Of a DNA stretch of 64,000 nt, positions 9,737-20,336 are shown in pieces. The first letter of the stretch is position 1. Every line of letters starts with the position of its first letter. The notes below the pieces were generated by a model, which had not been told where the DNA came from, did not search any database, and saw only the letters and a list, made by a program, of their open reading frames with translations. Source of the DNA: Abditibacterium sp. (GTDB taxonomy: Bacteria; Armatimonadota; Abditibacteriia; Abditibacteriales; Abditibacteriaceae); the NCBI GenBank assembly GCA_965199495.1, contig CBDASK010000003.1:4655682-4719681 (forward strand), read 5' to 3'. The translations under genes and the position numbers were made by a program.

Positions 9737-11194
9737 TTAAACGTCGAAGTAGAGTTGGAACTCATACGGATGCGGGCGCAGACGAAGCGCATCCACGTCG
9801 CCGCGTTTGAGGCCGACATACATTTCGATCAAATCGTCGGTGAAAACGCCACCTTCTTTCAAGAAGTCGCTGTCGGCTTCGAGCGCGTCCAAAACGGCTT
9901 CCAACGAACCGGGCACGGTGGGAATGCCTTCTTTTTCCTCTGGCTCCAGTTCATACAAATCTTTGTCGAACGGATCGCCCGGCTCGATTTTGTTTTTGAT
10001 GCCATCCAATCCTGCCATCAACTGCGCGGTCAAAGCGAGATAGATGTTGCCGGTCACGTCAGGCGTGCGGAACTCGATGCGCTTGGCTTTGGGCGACTTG
10101 CTATAAAGCGGAATGCGCACCGCAGCCGAACGATTGCGCTGACTATAAAGCAAGTAAATCGGCGCTTCGTAACCCGGAACCAAACGATGATACGAGTTGG
10201 TCGAAGCGTTGGTGAACGCCAAAATCGCGGGCGCGTGCTTCAAGATACCGCCGATATACCAACGCGCGGTGTCGGAGAGTTGGGCGTAGCCGTTCTCGTC
10301 GAACATCAGCGTGTTGCCGTCTTTCCACAGCGATTGGTGGCAGTGCATGCCGGTTCCGTTGTCACCAAAAATCGGCTTGGGCATGAACGTGGCTGTCAAT
10401 CCGTGCTTGGCGGCGACGTTTTTCACGATGTATTTGTGCAGCATCATGCGGTCGCACATTTCGGTGAACTCGCAAAACGAAATGCCAATTTCGCACTGGC
10501 CGCCCGTCGCGACTTCGTGGTGATGCAAATCCACGTCAATGCCCGCGCCAATCAGATGACGCACCATGTCGTTGCGCACTTCGACCAATGAATCAACGGG
10601 CGGCGGCGGCACGTAACCGCCTTTATTGCGCGGACGACGGCCCGAATTCCATTCGCCGGTCATCTCGTCGAAAACGGGGCCTTCGTTGTGCCAGTCGCCT
10701 TCGAGGCTGTCCACTTTGTAGTGCGAGTAATGTCCATCAATACCGCCCGCCGCGCGCTGGCCGCCATACGAAACGCCGTTGAACAGGAAAAACTCGGCTT
10801 CCGGCCCGAAAAACGCGGTATCGGCGATGCCGGTTGACTTCATATACTCGACGGCTTTTTGCACGATGTAACGCGGGTCGCGCGAATAAGATTCGCCGGT
10901 AATCGGATCCAAAATGTTGGCGAAAACCGACAAGGTCGGCGTATCGTAAACCGGGTCAATGATGGCGGTCGAAACGTCGGGCTTGAGCAACATATCCGAC
11001 TTATCAATGGTTTGGAAGCCGCGAATGGACGAACCGTCAAAACCGACGCCGTCGTTGAAGAAATCTTCGTTGAGCGCGCTTTCGACCGGAAAAGTCAAAT
11101 GGTGCATTTCGCCGAGCAAACCGACGAATTTGAGGTTGATGAACTCGACGCCCGCGTCCTGAGCCATTTCGATGACTGATTGAATATCTGACAT
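9737..11194 (-). CDS. glnA: Glutamine synthetase type I (GSI-beta)
   Basis: FDGSSIRGF, GPEAEFF, HHHEVA, ATFMPKP, NGTGMHCHQS, RLVPGYEAP, RIEFR, adenylylation-site-like DLYEL. Confidence 0.97.
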   Translation of the reverse strand: MSDIQSVIEMAQDAGVEFINLKFVGLLGEMHHLTFPVESALNEDFFNDGVGFDGSSIRGFQTIDKSDMLLKPDVSTAIIDPVYDTPTLSVFANILDPITGESYSRDPRYIVQKAVEYMKSTGIADTAFFGPEAEFFLFNGVSYGGQRAAGGIDGHYSHYKVDSLEGDWHNEGPVFDEMTGEWNSGRRPRNKGGYVPPPPVDSLVEVRNDMVRHLIGAGIDVDLHHHEVATGGQCEIGISFCEFTEMCDRMMLHKYIVKNVAAKHGLTATFMPKPIFGDNGTGMHCHQSLWKDGNTLMFDENGYAQLSDTARWYIGGILKHAPAILAFTNASTNSYHRLVPGYEAPIYLLYSQRNRSAAVRIPLYSKSPKAKRIEFRTPDVTGNIYLALTAQLMAGLDGIKNKIEPGDPFDKDLYELEPEEKEGIPTVPGSLEAVLDALEADSDFLKEGGVFTDDLIEMYVGLKRGDVDALRLRPHPYEFQLYFDV

Positions 11195-11400
11195 AATTTT
11201 TTGGTGGCGCACTATTTTTTGGGTTACTTCCACACATTTTTGCGCCTTGCGCCTTGAAAGTTACCACGATTGAGCCGCGCACGGAAGGGCAAATCCTTTT
11301 CCATCGAGAAGTTAAACCAAATCTCATATGGATGTGGCTGCTACCGAGTTAGGTTGCGCAAAGCGCAATTTACCGCACACGGCTAATTGGATACAACTCG

Positions 11401-11440
11401 CCAAAAACGGCGCGCTCAAGAAGGAGAAGCGCGCCGTTTG
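11401..11440 (-). terminator. Hairpin/terminator downstream of glnII
   Basis: aaacggcgcgc...gcgcgccgttt inverted repeat. Confidence 0.55.
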
Positions 11441-11454
11441 GCTGGTTTATCAAA

Positions 11455-12474
11455 TTATGGCGTTGGAACCGATTCGATGGTTTTCAAAATTCGCGAAGCG
11501 ATCTGGTAGGGGTCGCCTTCCGAGTTGGGGCGGCGATCTTCCAAATAGCCTTTGTAATCGTTTTCGATGAACGAATGCGGAATGCGAATCGAGGCGCCGC
11601 GATCAGCCACGCCGTAGGAGAAGGCGTCAATCGGCGCCGTTTCGTGCAAGCCGGTCAGGCGCAGATGGTTGTTCGGGCCATAAACCGCGATGTGTTCCAT
11701 CTTGTTGCTGTCAAAGGCTTCCATCAAATTCTCGAAATACTCTTTGCCGCCGACTTCGCGCATATATTCGGTCGAGAAGTTGGCGTGCATACCCGAACCG
11801 TTCCAGTCGCCCTTAATCGGTTTGCACTCGATGACGACATCAACGTGATAACGCTCGCACAAACGGTAGAGAATATAGCGCGCCATCCACAATTCGTCGG
11901 CGGCTTTCTTGGAGCCTTTGCCGAAGATTTGGTATTCCCACTGGCCTTTGGCGACTTCGGCGTTGATGCCCTCGTGATTGATGCCCGCTTCCAAGCACAA
12001 ATCGAGGTGCGCTTCGACGATTTCGCGGGCGACTTCGCCAACGCTACGGTAGCCGATGCCGGTGTAATAGGTACCCTGCGGTTCGGGATAACCCTCGCGC
12101 GGAAAGCCCAACGGACGGCCATCCTTATACAAGAAATATTCTTGCTCGAAACCGAACCACGCTCCGGGATCGTCGTGGATGGTCGCGCGCGAGTTGGAAG
12201 GATGCGGCGTGACTTTGTCGGGCATCATCACTTCGCACATCACCAAGATGCCGTTTTTGCGCGTTGGGTCGGGATACATCGCGACTGGCTTGAGAGCGCA
12301 ATCCGATGATTTGCCCTCGGCCTGCTGCGTCGAGGAACCGTCGAAACCCCAGAAGGGCAACTGTTCGAGCGTGGGAAATTCATCGAACTCTTTGATCAAA
12401 GTTTTTCCGCGCATGTTGGGCACGGGCTGATAGCCGTCGAGCCAGATGTATTCGAGTTTGTATTTGGTAGCCAT
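11455..12474 (-). CDS. glnII: Glutamine synthetase type II
   Basis: LEYIWLDG, WGFDGSST, GFEQEY, GINAEVAKGQWEYQ, DWNGSGMH, RLTGLHET, GYLEDRRP; 339 aa, typical GSII length. Confidence 0.95.
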   Translation of the reverse strand: MATKYKLEYIWLDGYQPVPNMRGKTLIKEFDEFPTLEQLPFWGFDGSSTQQAEGKSSDCALKPVAMYPDPTRKNGILVMCEVMMPDKVTPHPSNSRATIHDDPGAWFGFEQEYFLYKDGRPLGFPREGYPEPQGTYYTGIGYRSVGEVAREIVEAHLDLCLEAGINHEGINAEVAKGQWEYQIFGKGSKKAADELWMARYILYRLCERYHVDVVIECKPIKGDWNGSGMHANFSTEYMREVGGKEYFENLMEAFDSNKMEHIAVYGPNNHLRLTGLHETAPIDAFSYGVADRGASIRIPHSFIENDYKGYLEDRRPNSEGDPYQIASRILKTIESVPTP

Positions 12475-12665
12475 TGGAGATGGGAAATGTCCTCGGAAAT
12501 GAGGGAGAAATTTTAGCTGTCCGTGCAATTCAAACAAGGCAAAGACGGCAGAAATCAATTGGGAAATCGGATTAAAAGCGGAAGAATTAAGTATGGCTTT
12601 CTATCGTCGCTCTAACGCCCGCGAACGCCAATTTTCAGCCTTTATCCTTCAGCCTTTATCCTTTT

Positions 12666-13031
<366 letters not shown>

Positions 13032-13305
13032 TTAACGGCGCGCTCAAAGCGCAGGATGGAGGCCAACATCGTTTGCACTCACGATTCGCGGTTTTGGGGC
13101 AACCCAAAACCAACTAAATATAATCGCAACGCCCAATAATTTAAACGCCGTATGTTTCGAGTTTATTTCAAAGGAGTAAAAATCGCCGCGCCCCGCATAA
13201 CGTTAAAAATGATGAGTGAATTGAGTTACGCTCCATTAACCAATTTTTCCCAACGGATTTTCGCTGTCAATCCGGGCGCAAACTTGCTCTACGCCTCGCC
13301 AACCT

Positions 13306-14172
13306 ATGATTCCCCTTCTGCCATTTGGCCGCACCAACCACAACAGCACGCGCACGCTTTTCGGCGCAGCCGCGCTGGGCAACGTCACGCAAGACGAAGC
13401 CGACGAAACCTTGAAAACGCTGCTCGATTTCGGCGTCAATCACATTGACACCGCCGCCAGCTACGGCGACGCCGAACTGCGCATCGCGCCGTGGCTGACC
13501 CGTCACCGCGACGATTTCTTTTTGGCCACCAAAACAGAAAAGCGCACTTACGCCGAATCCAAAGCCCAAATTGACGAATCGTTACGGCGCATGAACGTAG
13601 ATCACGTTGATTTGATGCAACTGCACAGTTTGGGCGACGAAAACGATTGGAACAAAGTCTTCGCTGACGATGGTGCCTTCAAAGCCGTCATCGAAGCCAA
13701 AGAGTCGGGCAAAACCCGCTTTGTCGGCATCACCGGACACGGCGTCCATATCGCGCGTTTGCACCTGCGCGCTTTGGAAATTTATCCGTTCGATGCGGTT
13801 TTGCTGCCGCTCAATTATTCGATGTCTTTGAACGAAGAATACATGAACGATTTCGATAAATTGCGCGCCATTTGTCGCGAGCGCGGCATCGCGCTGCAAA
13901 CGATTAAAGCGGTTTTGCGCCGTCCGTGGGGCGACGAGGAAAAATTCGCCGCGACGTGGTATCAGCCACTGCGGGAACAAGACGCGATTGATAACGCGGT
14001 GAACTGGCTATTCGGTAATTATCCCGACGTGTTTCTCAACACCGTCGGCGACGTTCACGTTTTGCCGCGCGTATTGGACGCGGCCTCGCGCTTTGATATA
14101 AATAACGTGCCGAGCGATGAAACAATGGCCGAAATGTATGCCGAGCGTGAAATGGCGCCGTTATTTGTGTAG
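13306..14172 (+). CDS. Aldo/keto reductase
   Basis: GVNHIDTAASYG, FLATK, SLRRMNVDHVDLMQLH, GKTRFVGITGH. Confidence 0.9.
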   Translation: MIPLLPFGRTNHNSTRTLFGAAALGNVTQDEADETLKTLLDFGVNHIDTAASYGDAELRIAPWLTRHRDDFFLATKTEKRTYAESKAQIDESLRRMNVDHVDLMQLHSLGDENDWNKVFADDGAFKAVIEAKESGKTRFVGITGHGVHIARLHLRALEIYPFDAVLLPLNYSMSLNEEYMNDFDKLRAICRERGIALQTIKAVLRRPWGDEEKFAATWYQPLREQDAIDNAVNWLFGNYPDVFLNTVGDVHVLPRVLDAASRFDINNVPSDETMAEMYAEREMAPLFV

Positions 14173-14180
14173 GTGCAACG

Positions 14181-15218
14181 ATGAAAACTCTTTCTTTCCT
14201 GTGCGTTCTCCTCGTCTCGTTGTCTTTGGTGCCGCAAACGCAGGCAAAACCCGCCGCATCGCGCGTTTTGCAGACGCACGGCGCGACCGTCACGGCGCTG
14301 GCTTACGCGCCCAACGGCAAAACTTTGGCGAGCGCCGACGAAGGCGGGCGCGTAAAATTAACCGATGTTACCACGGGCAAAACCAAGCTGACGTTTCGTT
14401 ATCGAGAAAAAGTCAGCGCGTTGGCCTACGCGCCCGATGGGAAAATGTTGGCGGTCGGGCGCGCGAAGGAAATTCGCTTACTCAATCCGCAAACGGCGGC
14501 GCCGATTCGCGTTTTGAAGTTGAATGATCTGGTTGGCGAGTCGCTCGAATTTTCGGCAGATAGTTCCCGAATTATCAGCATTGAAGGACGGTATTTTGAT
14601 GCTGAACACTTCCATGTCAAAGTATGGAATCCTCAAACCGGCGCGTTGCTTCGCAATTGGCTCGTCAGCGACGCAACAGCCACGGCGGCGACCATTTCGC
14701 CCGACGGCAAAACAGCGGCGGCGGCGCTAATTAGTAGCGACGCCTTTGGCGGCGGCGTGCGTTTATGGGACATTGCGACGGGCAAAGAAACTGCTACATG
14801 GACGGATAATTCCGACAAAGAAGAAACTCTGGTTTACGCCGTCCAGTTTTCGCCCGATGGCAAACGCATCGCTGGAACAGGCGGTTACTTCGAGAGCGCG
14901 GGCCATCTTAGCGTATGGAATACCGCCACTGGTGCGCTGCATTTTGGACGCACGTTTAACGATTTCGGCACCGCACTGGCATGGTCGCCCAACAGTTCGC
15001 GCCTCGCGGTTGGCACTTCTTACGATACGACCTACGACGAGCCGAAGAAGTTGCACCAACCGATGGGCGCGCCAATTTTCAACGCAGCCAGCGGGAATTG
15101 GCAGCAATCGTTGCAGCGGACGCCCCACGCAATCATGGCTCTCTCTTTCGCGCCCGACGGGCAGACAATCGCTATCGGCGCTGGGAAAATTGTTCGTCTA
15201 TGGCGCGTCAGCAGTTGA
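14181..15218 (+). CDS. Secreted WD40-repeat protein
   Basis: Signal peptide plus repeated (F/Y)(S/A)PDGK..LA...VRLWD units. Confidence 0.85.
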   Translation: MKTLSFLCVLLVSLSLVPQTQAKPAASRVLQTHGATVTALAYAPNGKTLASADEGGRVKLTDVTTGKTKLTFRYREKVSALAYAPDGKMLAVGRAKEIRLLNPQTAAPIRVLKLNDLVGESLEFSADSSRIISIEGRYFDAEHFHVKVWNPQTGALLRNWLVSDATATAATISPDGKTAAAALISSDAFGGGVRLWDIATGKETATWTDNSDKEETLVYAVQFSPDGKRIAGTGGYFESAGHLSVWNTATGALHFGRTFNDFGTALAWSPNSSRLAVGTSYDTTYDEPKKLHQPMGAPIFNAASGNWQQSLQRTPHAIMALSFAPDGQTIAIGAGKIVRLWRVSS

Positions 15219-15245
15219 ACATTCGTTTTCTATCAAACTTAACCT

Positions 15246-17069
15246 ATGCTTCGCCCTGCGCCCGATAAACCCAAAAAACCGATTCATCCCCAAACGCTCA
15301 AACGCGTGATTACGACGTTTAGCCACTATCGCCCGCAGATCATCGGCATTTTCGTTTTGGTTTTGGCGAGCGCGGGTTTAGGCATTTTGTCGCCGTTTTT
15401 CCTCAAAGCCCTTATCAATCAGGGTTTGCTCAAAAGCGATTTCGGCGTTATCAGCTACTACTCGTGGCTGACGCTCGCAGCCACGCTGGGCGCGACGGTG
15501 CTGGGATTGGGTTTCGGATTTCTGTCGTTGTGGGTCGGCCAGCAAATCATGCGCGATTTGCGCAACCGCTTGAATGAACATTTGCAGGGCATGTCGCTGC
15601 GCTTTTTCACCGCGACGCGCACCGGCGAAATTCAATCGCGTTTGGTTTCCGATGTCGGCGGCGTGCAAAACGTTTTGTCCAACACCGTCTCCGATGTTTT
15701 ATCCAACGTCGCCATCGTAATTTCCACGCTCGTCGCCATGATTTTCATGGATTGGCGCCTAACGTTATTGAGCGTCGGAATGTTGCCGTTGTTCGCCCTA
15801 CTCGCCGCCAAAGTCGGCGATTTCGCGCGCGGATTGCGCAAAACCTCGCAGGAACAGTTGGCCGATCTCAACGCGACGACGCAGGAAACGTTGTCAGTTT
15901 CGGGCGTTTTGCTCACCAAAACCAGCGGGCGCCGCGCGCGCGTTATCGAACATTTTCGCGAGGAAAACGACGCTTTAACTTCAACTGAAATCCGGCTTTC
16001 GATGATCATGCGCGTCTTCTTCAACATGATCGGTTTGACTTTTAGCTTAACGCCGATTTTCGTCTATTGGCTGGCCGGTTATCTCATCATCGGTCTCAAA
16101 GACACGCATTTGACGTTGGGCACAATCGTCGCTTTCACCGCGCTGCAAACGCGCTTGTTTTTTCCGCTCACAAGTTTGCTCAACGTGCAAGTCGAAGTGA
16201 ATAGCGCGCTCGCGTTGTTCGACCGCATCTTTGAATATCTCGATTTAAAACAAGATATTACCGATTCGCCCAGCGCGATAACGCTGGCGCCTAATCAAAT
16301 CGTCGGCGAAGTCAGTTTTCGCGATGTCTCGTTTCGCTACGATTCCGATCAAGACGAACCGACTTTGGACGATATCAATTTATCGGCCAAGCCGGGCGAA
16401 CAAATCGCTTTAGTTGGCGCTTCGGGCGCGGGCAAAACGACGTTGACTTATCTGATTCCGCGTCTCTACGACACCAATTCGGGCACTGTTTCGATTGACG
16501 GGCACGATGTCAAAGATATTTCCCTTGATTCGCTCGGCCAAATCATCGGCGTCGTGACGCAGGAAAGTTATCTGTTGCACGATACGATTCGCGAAAACTT
16601 GCGTTATGGTCGCCCCGACGCGACCGATGAAGAATTGGAAGAAGCCGCGCGAGCCGCCGCGATTCACGATCATATTGCGACGTTGCCCGAAGGTTACGAC
16701 ACCGTTGTCGGCGAACGTGGCTACAAGTTGAGCGGCGGCCAAAAACAACGCATCGCGATTGCGCGCGCGATTCTGAAAAACCCACGCATCTTAATCCTCG
16801 ATGAAGCCACGTCGGCCTTGGACACGCAAAGCGAACGTTTAATTCAAGACGCTTTGGCGCGCTTGGCCGTGGGTCGCACCACTTTTTCCATCGCGCACCG
16901 TTTGTCCACAGTTTTGGCGGCGGACATGATTTTGGTAATGGAACAGGGCCGTATCATCGAACGCGGCACGCACAGCGAATTATTGGAACGCGATGGCGCT
17001 TATGCACGATTATACGAAGCGCAATTTGCTAACGGAAAAGCCGAATTATACGACGGCGCTTTGGGTTGA
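15246..17069 (+). CDS. ABC exporter, fused permease/ATPase (MsbA/MdlB-like)
   Basis: TM domain, Walker A GASGAGKT, LSGGQKQR, ILDEATSALD, IAHRLST. Confidence 0.92.
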   Translation: MLRPAPDKPKKPIHPQTLKRVITTFSHYRPQIIGIFVLVLASAGLGILSPFFLKALINQGLLKSDFGVISYYSWLTLAATLGATVLGLGFGFLSLWVGQQIMRDLRNRLNEHLQGMSLRFFTATRTGEIQSRLVSDVGGVQNVLSNTVSDVLSNVAIVISTLVAMIFMDWRLTLLSVGMLPLFALLAAKVGDFARGLRKTSQEQLADLNATTQETLSVSGVLLTKTSGRRARVIEHFREENDALTSTEIRLSMIMRVFFNMIGLTFSLTPIFVYWLAGYLIIGLKDTHLTLGTIVAFTALQTRLFFPLTSLLNVQVEVNSALALFDRIFEYLDLKQDITDSPSAITLAPNQIVGEVSFRDVSFRYDSDQDEPTLDDINLSAKPGEQIALVGASGAGKTTLTYLIPRLYDTNSGTVSIDGHDVKDISLDSLGQIIGVVTQESYLLHDTIRENLRYGRPDATDEELEEAARAAAIHDHIATLPEGYDTVVGERGYKLSGGQKQRIAIARAILKNPRILILDEATSALDTQSERLIQDALARLAVGRTTFSIAHRLSTVLAADMILVMEQGRIIERGTHSELLERDGAYARLYEAQFANGKAELYDGALG

Positions 17070-17087
17070 GACGTGAACAAGATTTTT

Positions 17088-17220
17088 GCCACAAAAACAC
17101 AGAATTCACAAAAGGCACAAAAGAGTGCAAAATAGTTAGTCGAATTTTCTTCATTGAGAAATTGTTCTTCAAAGCCTTTTGAATTTTTTGTGCCTTTTGT
17201 GAATTCTGTGTTTTTGTGGC
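17088..17220. repeat. Palindromic MITE-like element, family A copy 1 (35-bp perfect inverted arms)
   Basis: gccacaaaaacacagaattcacaaaaggcacaaaa and its exact reverse complement at 17186-17220. Confidence 0.85.
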
Positions 17221-17227
17221 GAATAAT

Positions 17228-18388
17228 TTATCTAACGCCCGTCAGCACGTCGAAAACCAACTGATCCAGCTTCTCATAGGGCAACGGACGCTTGAGCATC
17301 GCGGGCATATCAAACTCTTGCGATTTCAACTTATCAGCGACCTCGGATGAATAGCCACCGGCATAAGAAGTCGGGCCTCTACTATTTAATTCGTTGAAAA
17401 TCGCCTGAATTTCGGCGTCAGCGTCGAACTGTGCGGCTTTGTCGGCCAGCACTTGATAGGTTTTCATGCAACCGATGGCGAACTGTTTTACGTCGTCCAT
17501 ATCAGAGGTGCGCAAGGCGTGCGCGTCGAAATGGCGCATACCGTCGTATTTGTTGTCTTCGAGCAATTTGACGAGGAAGAAGTTGTTTTTGATGTCTTCC
17601 TGACCAAAGCGCAAATCTTGGTCGTAACGGCCCGGCTTCTGGCCGTTGAGATCAATATGAAACAGTTTCCCGGCGTCAATTGCCTGCGCGATGTTGTGGG
17701 TGAAGTTCAATCCAGCGATGGTATCGTGGGCGAATTCGGGGTTGACGCCGACGTTTTCGGGATTGTCCAAGGTTTCGATGAAAGCGAGGGCGTGGCCGGT
17801 TGTCGCCAGATAAATATCGCCGCGTGGCTCATTGGGCTTGGGTTCGATGGCGAGTTTGAAATCGTAACCCTGTTCGCGCTGGTAAGCGTTCAAAAAGTTG
17901 AGCGATTCGCGCATCCACTTCAACGGATCGAGCGGATTTTTGGCGGCTTCCACTTCGGAGCCTTCGCGTCCGCCCCAGAAAACGTAGATTTGGGCGCCCA
18001 GTTCGGCGCCCAAATCCATCGCGCGCATCGTCTTTTGCACGGCGAATTCGCGCACGCGCGGGTCGGACGAAGTAAACGCGCCGTCTTTAAAAATAGGTTG
18101 CGAAAACAAATTCGTCGTCGCCATCGGCACTTTGATGCCAGTTTCAGCCAAAGTTTTCTTGAATGTCGCGACGATCTGATTATGTTCGTCGGCGGACGAA
18201 CCAAACGGCACCAAATCGTTGTCGTGCAAATTGACACCATAAGCGCCAACTTCGGCCAACAAACGCACGGCATCGTTGGGATCCATGATGTCGCGTGTCG
18301 GCTCGCCAAACGGATCGCGGCCCGGATTGCCGACAGTCCACAAGCCGAAGGTGAAATGATACTTGGAGTTGGGAGTGAAATCGCTCAT
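17228..18388 (-). CDS. xylA: Xylose isomerase (short class I, Streptomyces/Thermus type)
   Basis: [59 protein letters not shown]; 386 aa. Confidence 0.95.
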   Translation of the reverse strand: MSDFTPNSKYHFTFGLWTVGNPGRDPFGEPTRDIMDPNDAVRLLAEVGAYGVNLHDNDLVPFGSSADEHNQIVATFKKTLAETGIKVPMATTNLFSQPIFKDGAFTSSDPRVREFAVQKTMRAMDLGAELGAQIYVFWGGREGSEVEAAKNPLDPLKWMRESLNFLNAYQREQGYDFKLAIEPKPNEPRGDIYLATTGHALAFIETLDNPENVGVNPEFAHDTIAGLNFTHNIAQAIDAGKLFHIDLNGQKPGRYDQDLRFGQEDIKNNFFLVKLLEDNKYDGMRHFDAHALRTSDMDDVKQFAIGCMKTYQVLADKAAQFDADAEIQAIFNELNSRGPTSYAGGYSSEVADKLKSQEFDMPAMLKRPLPYEKLDQLVFDVLTGVR

Positions 18389-18528
18389 GTCGTTAGAATG
18401 GGGAAACATATAGCATTCTACAACAAGTGCGCGCGAACATTCGAGGCGATTTCAAAACCCTTAAAACGCGCCCTGAAGCGACGGCATAACAGGCGACTTG
18501 GTCAAACACGGCCACGCCAGTCGGATGG

Positions 18529-18570
18529 TAAAAAGGCCACAGCGTTTTCGTTAAACGCTGTGGCCTTTTT
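18529..18570 (-). terminator. Intrinsic terminator
   Basis: aaaaaggccacagcgttt-tcgtt-aaacgctgtggcctttt. Confidence 0.75.
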
Positions 18571-18834
18571 CTACTCTTCCAAACGCGTATTGCGTTCCAA
18601 TTCGCTCCGTTCGCCCGCTTCGATCAACTTTTCCAATGTCGAATATTGGTCAATCGCATGATCGAAGCGCCCGCTAATCAAGCGGGCGCGGCGGCGGGCG
18701 GCGTCCACTTTCATCTGGGCGATGTGGAGTTCGCCCATGCTGCCATAAAAGCTGGCGGCGTCGAACTCATCGTGCGCCGCCAGCAATTCATCCAACGCCG
18801 ATTTCAGCGTGATTATCTCGCGCGGCATATTCAT
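18571..18834 (-). CDS. Small helical hypothetical protein (87 aa)
   Basis: AAGGAG RBS before ATG (MNMPREI...); directly downstream of the ATPase gene. Confidence 0.65.
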   Translation of the reverse strand: MNMPREIITLKSALDELLAAHDEFDAASFYGSMGELHIAQMKVDAARRRARLISGRFDHAIDQYSTLEKLIEAGERSELERNTRLEE

Positions 18835-18862
18835 TTTTAGCTCCTTGAACTTACGCTCGCGC

Positions 18863-19888
18863 TCAACCCAAATCTTGGACGGCGCCCGCTTCAGATTCGG
18901 ATTCTTCGTCATCGAAGGGGTCGGGTTCGGCGACGAAAGTTTCGTCTTTGAGCCGAAATTTACAGCTTGGCTCGTCCGTCCCTTTGTTGGGACAGACCCA
19001 ACCGGCGCCACTACGGCCCGCCACATAGCGCGCGGGCAAACCGCAATCGCAGTGAACGGCATCTTCGTCCGATGATTCTTCGACGACAATCTCAACCGGC
19101 GCCGCAACGCGTTTGCGCGAACGCTGCATTTCCGGCTCGGCTTCGGGCGTGGGCTGAACGGTTTTGGCTTTGGTGATGCGCTCATCGTCGGGCGCGGCGC
19201 CGTCGGTGAGCCAGTTCTTCAAACTGCGCGCGATTTCTTTGCCCGCTTTGTTGAAAACGGCTCCGGCAATCGAGGAACAGCGCGTTTTGCCGACGATCAA
19301 GTTGTTGTCCGCGTCAATGGTCGCAACCACATCGAACTCGTATTCCAAACCGTCGCGCTGAACTGGCGCGAGACCGATTTTGCGAACCGTCGTGCGGCCC
19401 GATTTCGGATCTTTCTCCTGCACATATTCGGTTTTGGCGCGCATCGTCGCGATGATATGAATGCGCGAAGAAACAATCGCGTCAACCATCTGGTTGTGGA
19501 GCGGCGAAACGTCGCGCCACGCGCCGAAAGTATTGCCCGACTGCGCGCGCTTGGCGGCGCGATCCACCATTTCCAGAGCGCCGTCTTTGCCCGCCCACGC
19601 GTGCGACAGCGAATCAATAATCAATACATCATAACCGGCTTCCTCGGCGGCTTTGATGGCGTCAACATACATTTTGGGGCCGTAAGATTCCATCTCCATC
19701 ACGTCGAACTCAAACAAGTCGGAATACTTGGAGGCGCTGCCGCGCTCGGTGTCAACGACAGCCACGCGGTCGCCCAGGTTTTGCGCGATGGAAAGCGCCG
19801 TATAGGTTTTGCCCGCGCCCGCCACGCCAATCAATGCCATGCGCAGTCGCGCGCTCTTTTTGGTTGCCTTCTGAAATGTCATGCTCAT
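18863..19888 (-). CDS. AAA_24 / Sak4-like P-loop ATPase with C-terminal zinc ribbon and acidic tail
   Basis: FQKATKK..RLRMALIG.AGAGKTYTAL, VVDTERGSA, LIIDSLSHAW, HIIATMRAKTEY, QRDGLEYEFD; tail CDCG...WVCP...CKF. Confidence 0.8.
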   Translation of the reverse strand: MSMTFQKATKKSARLRMALIGVAGAGKTYTALSIAQNLGDRVAVVDTERGSASKYSDLFEFDVMEMESYGPKMYVDAIKAAEEAGYDVLIIDSLSHAWAGKDGALEMVDRAAKRAQSGNTFGAWRDVSPLHNQMVDAIVSSRIHIIATMRAKTEYVQEKDPKSGRTTVRKIGLAPVQRDGLEYEFDVVATIDADNNLIVGKTRCSSIAGAVFNKAGKEIARSLKNWLTDGAAPDDERITKAKTVQPTPEAEPEMQRSRKRVAAPVEIVVEESSDEDAVHCDCGLPARYVAGRSGAGWVCPNKGTDEPSCKFRLKDETFVAEPDPFDDEESESEAGAVQDLG

Positions 19889-20058
19889 AATAGTGTGAAT
19901 TCCTCCGAGGAAATTGCTGCGATGTCTCGCGCGAATTGTGCGTCATTCGTGCGGCTCGCCCACAGTATACCGAATTCAGTCGAATGAGTGAAGACGTTTT
20001 AGAAAAATTCTCTGAGAATTTTTCGATGTCGGTTATCGGATGTCAGATTTTGGATAAT

Positions 20059-20131
20059 TACGCCCAGAGGGATTCGAACCCCCAGCCGAAGCATTATGAG
20101 TGCTTTGCTCTAACCATTGAGCTATGGGCGC
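20059..20131 (-). tRNA. tRNA with CAT anticodon, probably tRNA-Ile2 (lysidine-modified)
   Basis: GCGCCCATAGCTCAATGGTTAGAGCAAAGCACTCATAATGCTTCGGCTGGGGGTTCGAATCCCTCTGGGCGTA folds into a cloverleaf; D-arm and anticodon arm resemble Ile2 tRNAs; no encoded CCA. Confidence 0.9.
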
Positions 20132-20184
20132 GCGTGGGATAAAAGGATAAACGATAAAGTCGCAAGACTCAAGTTTGAAAGACG

Positions 20185-20334
20185 AAGGAGCCACCAAGAA
20201 CACCAAGAACGCACCAAGGGGCACAAAAGGCAGAAGAAAACATAAAGTAAAAGAAAGTTATTTCTTCGTATTTTGAAGTTCTTCGCGCTTCTTTGTGCCC
20301 CTTGGTGCGTTCTTTGTGTCCTTGGTGGCTCCTT
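20185..20334. repeat. Palindromic element with cac(c/a)aag periodic arms (family A-like)
   Basis: aaggagccaccaagaacaccaagaacgcaccaaggggcacaaa...tttgtgccccttggtgcgttctttgtgtccttggtggctcctt. Confidence 0.8.
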
Positions 20335-20336
20335 GT

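Noticed and set aside
17453..18661. Long antisense or alternate-frame ORFs (also 9605-10591, 36000-37157, 44200-45603, 49461-50480, 62834-63766)
   Set aside because: Shadows of well-supported genes on the opposite strand in GC-rich DNA; no recognisable motifs
18571..20131. Intact prophage at the tRNA
   Set aside because: No integrase, structural genes or duplicated att site are visible; only the two-gene unit
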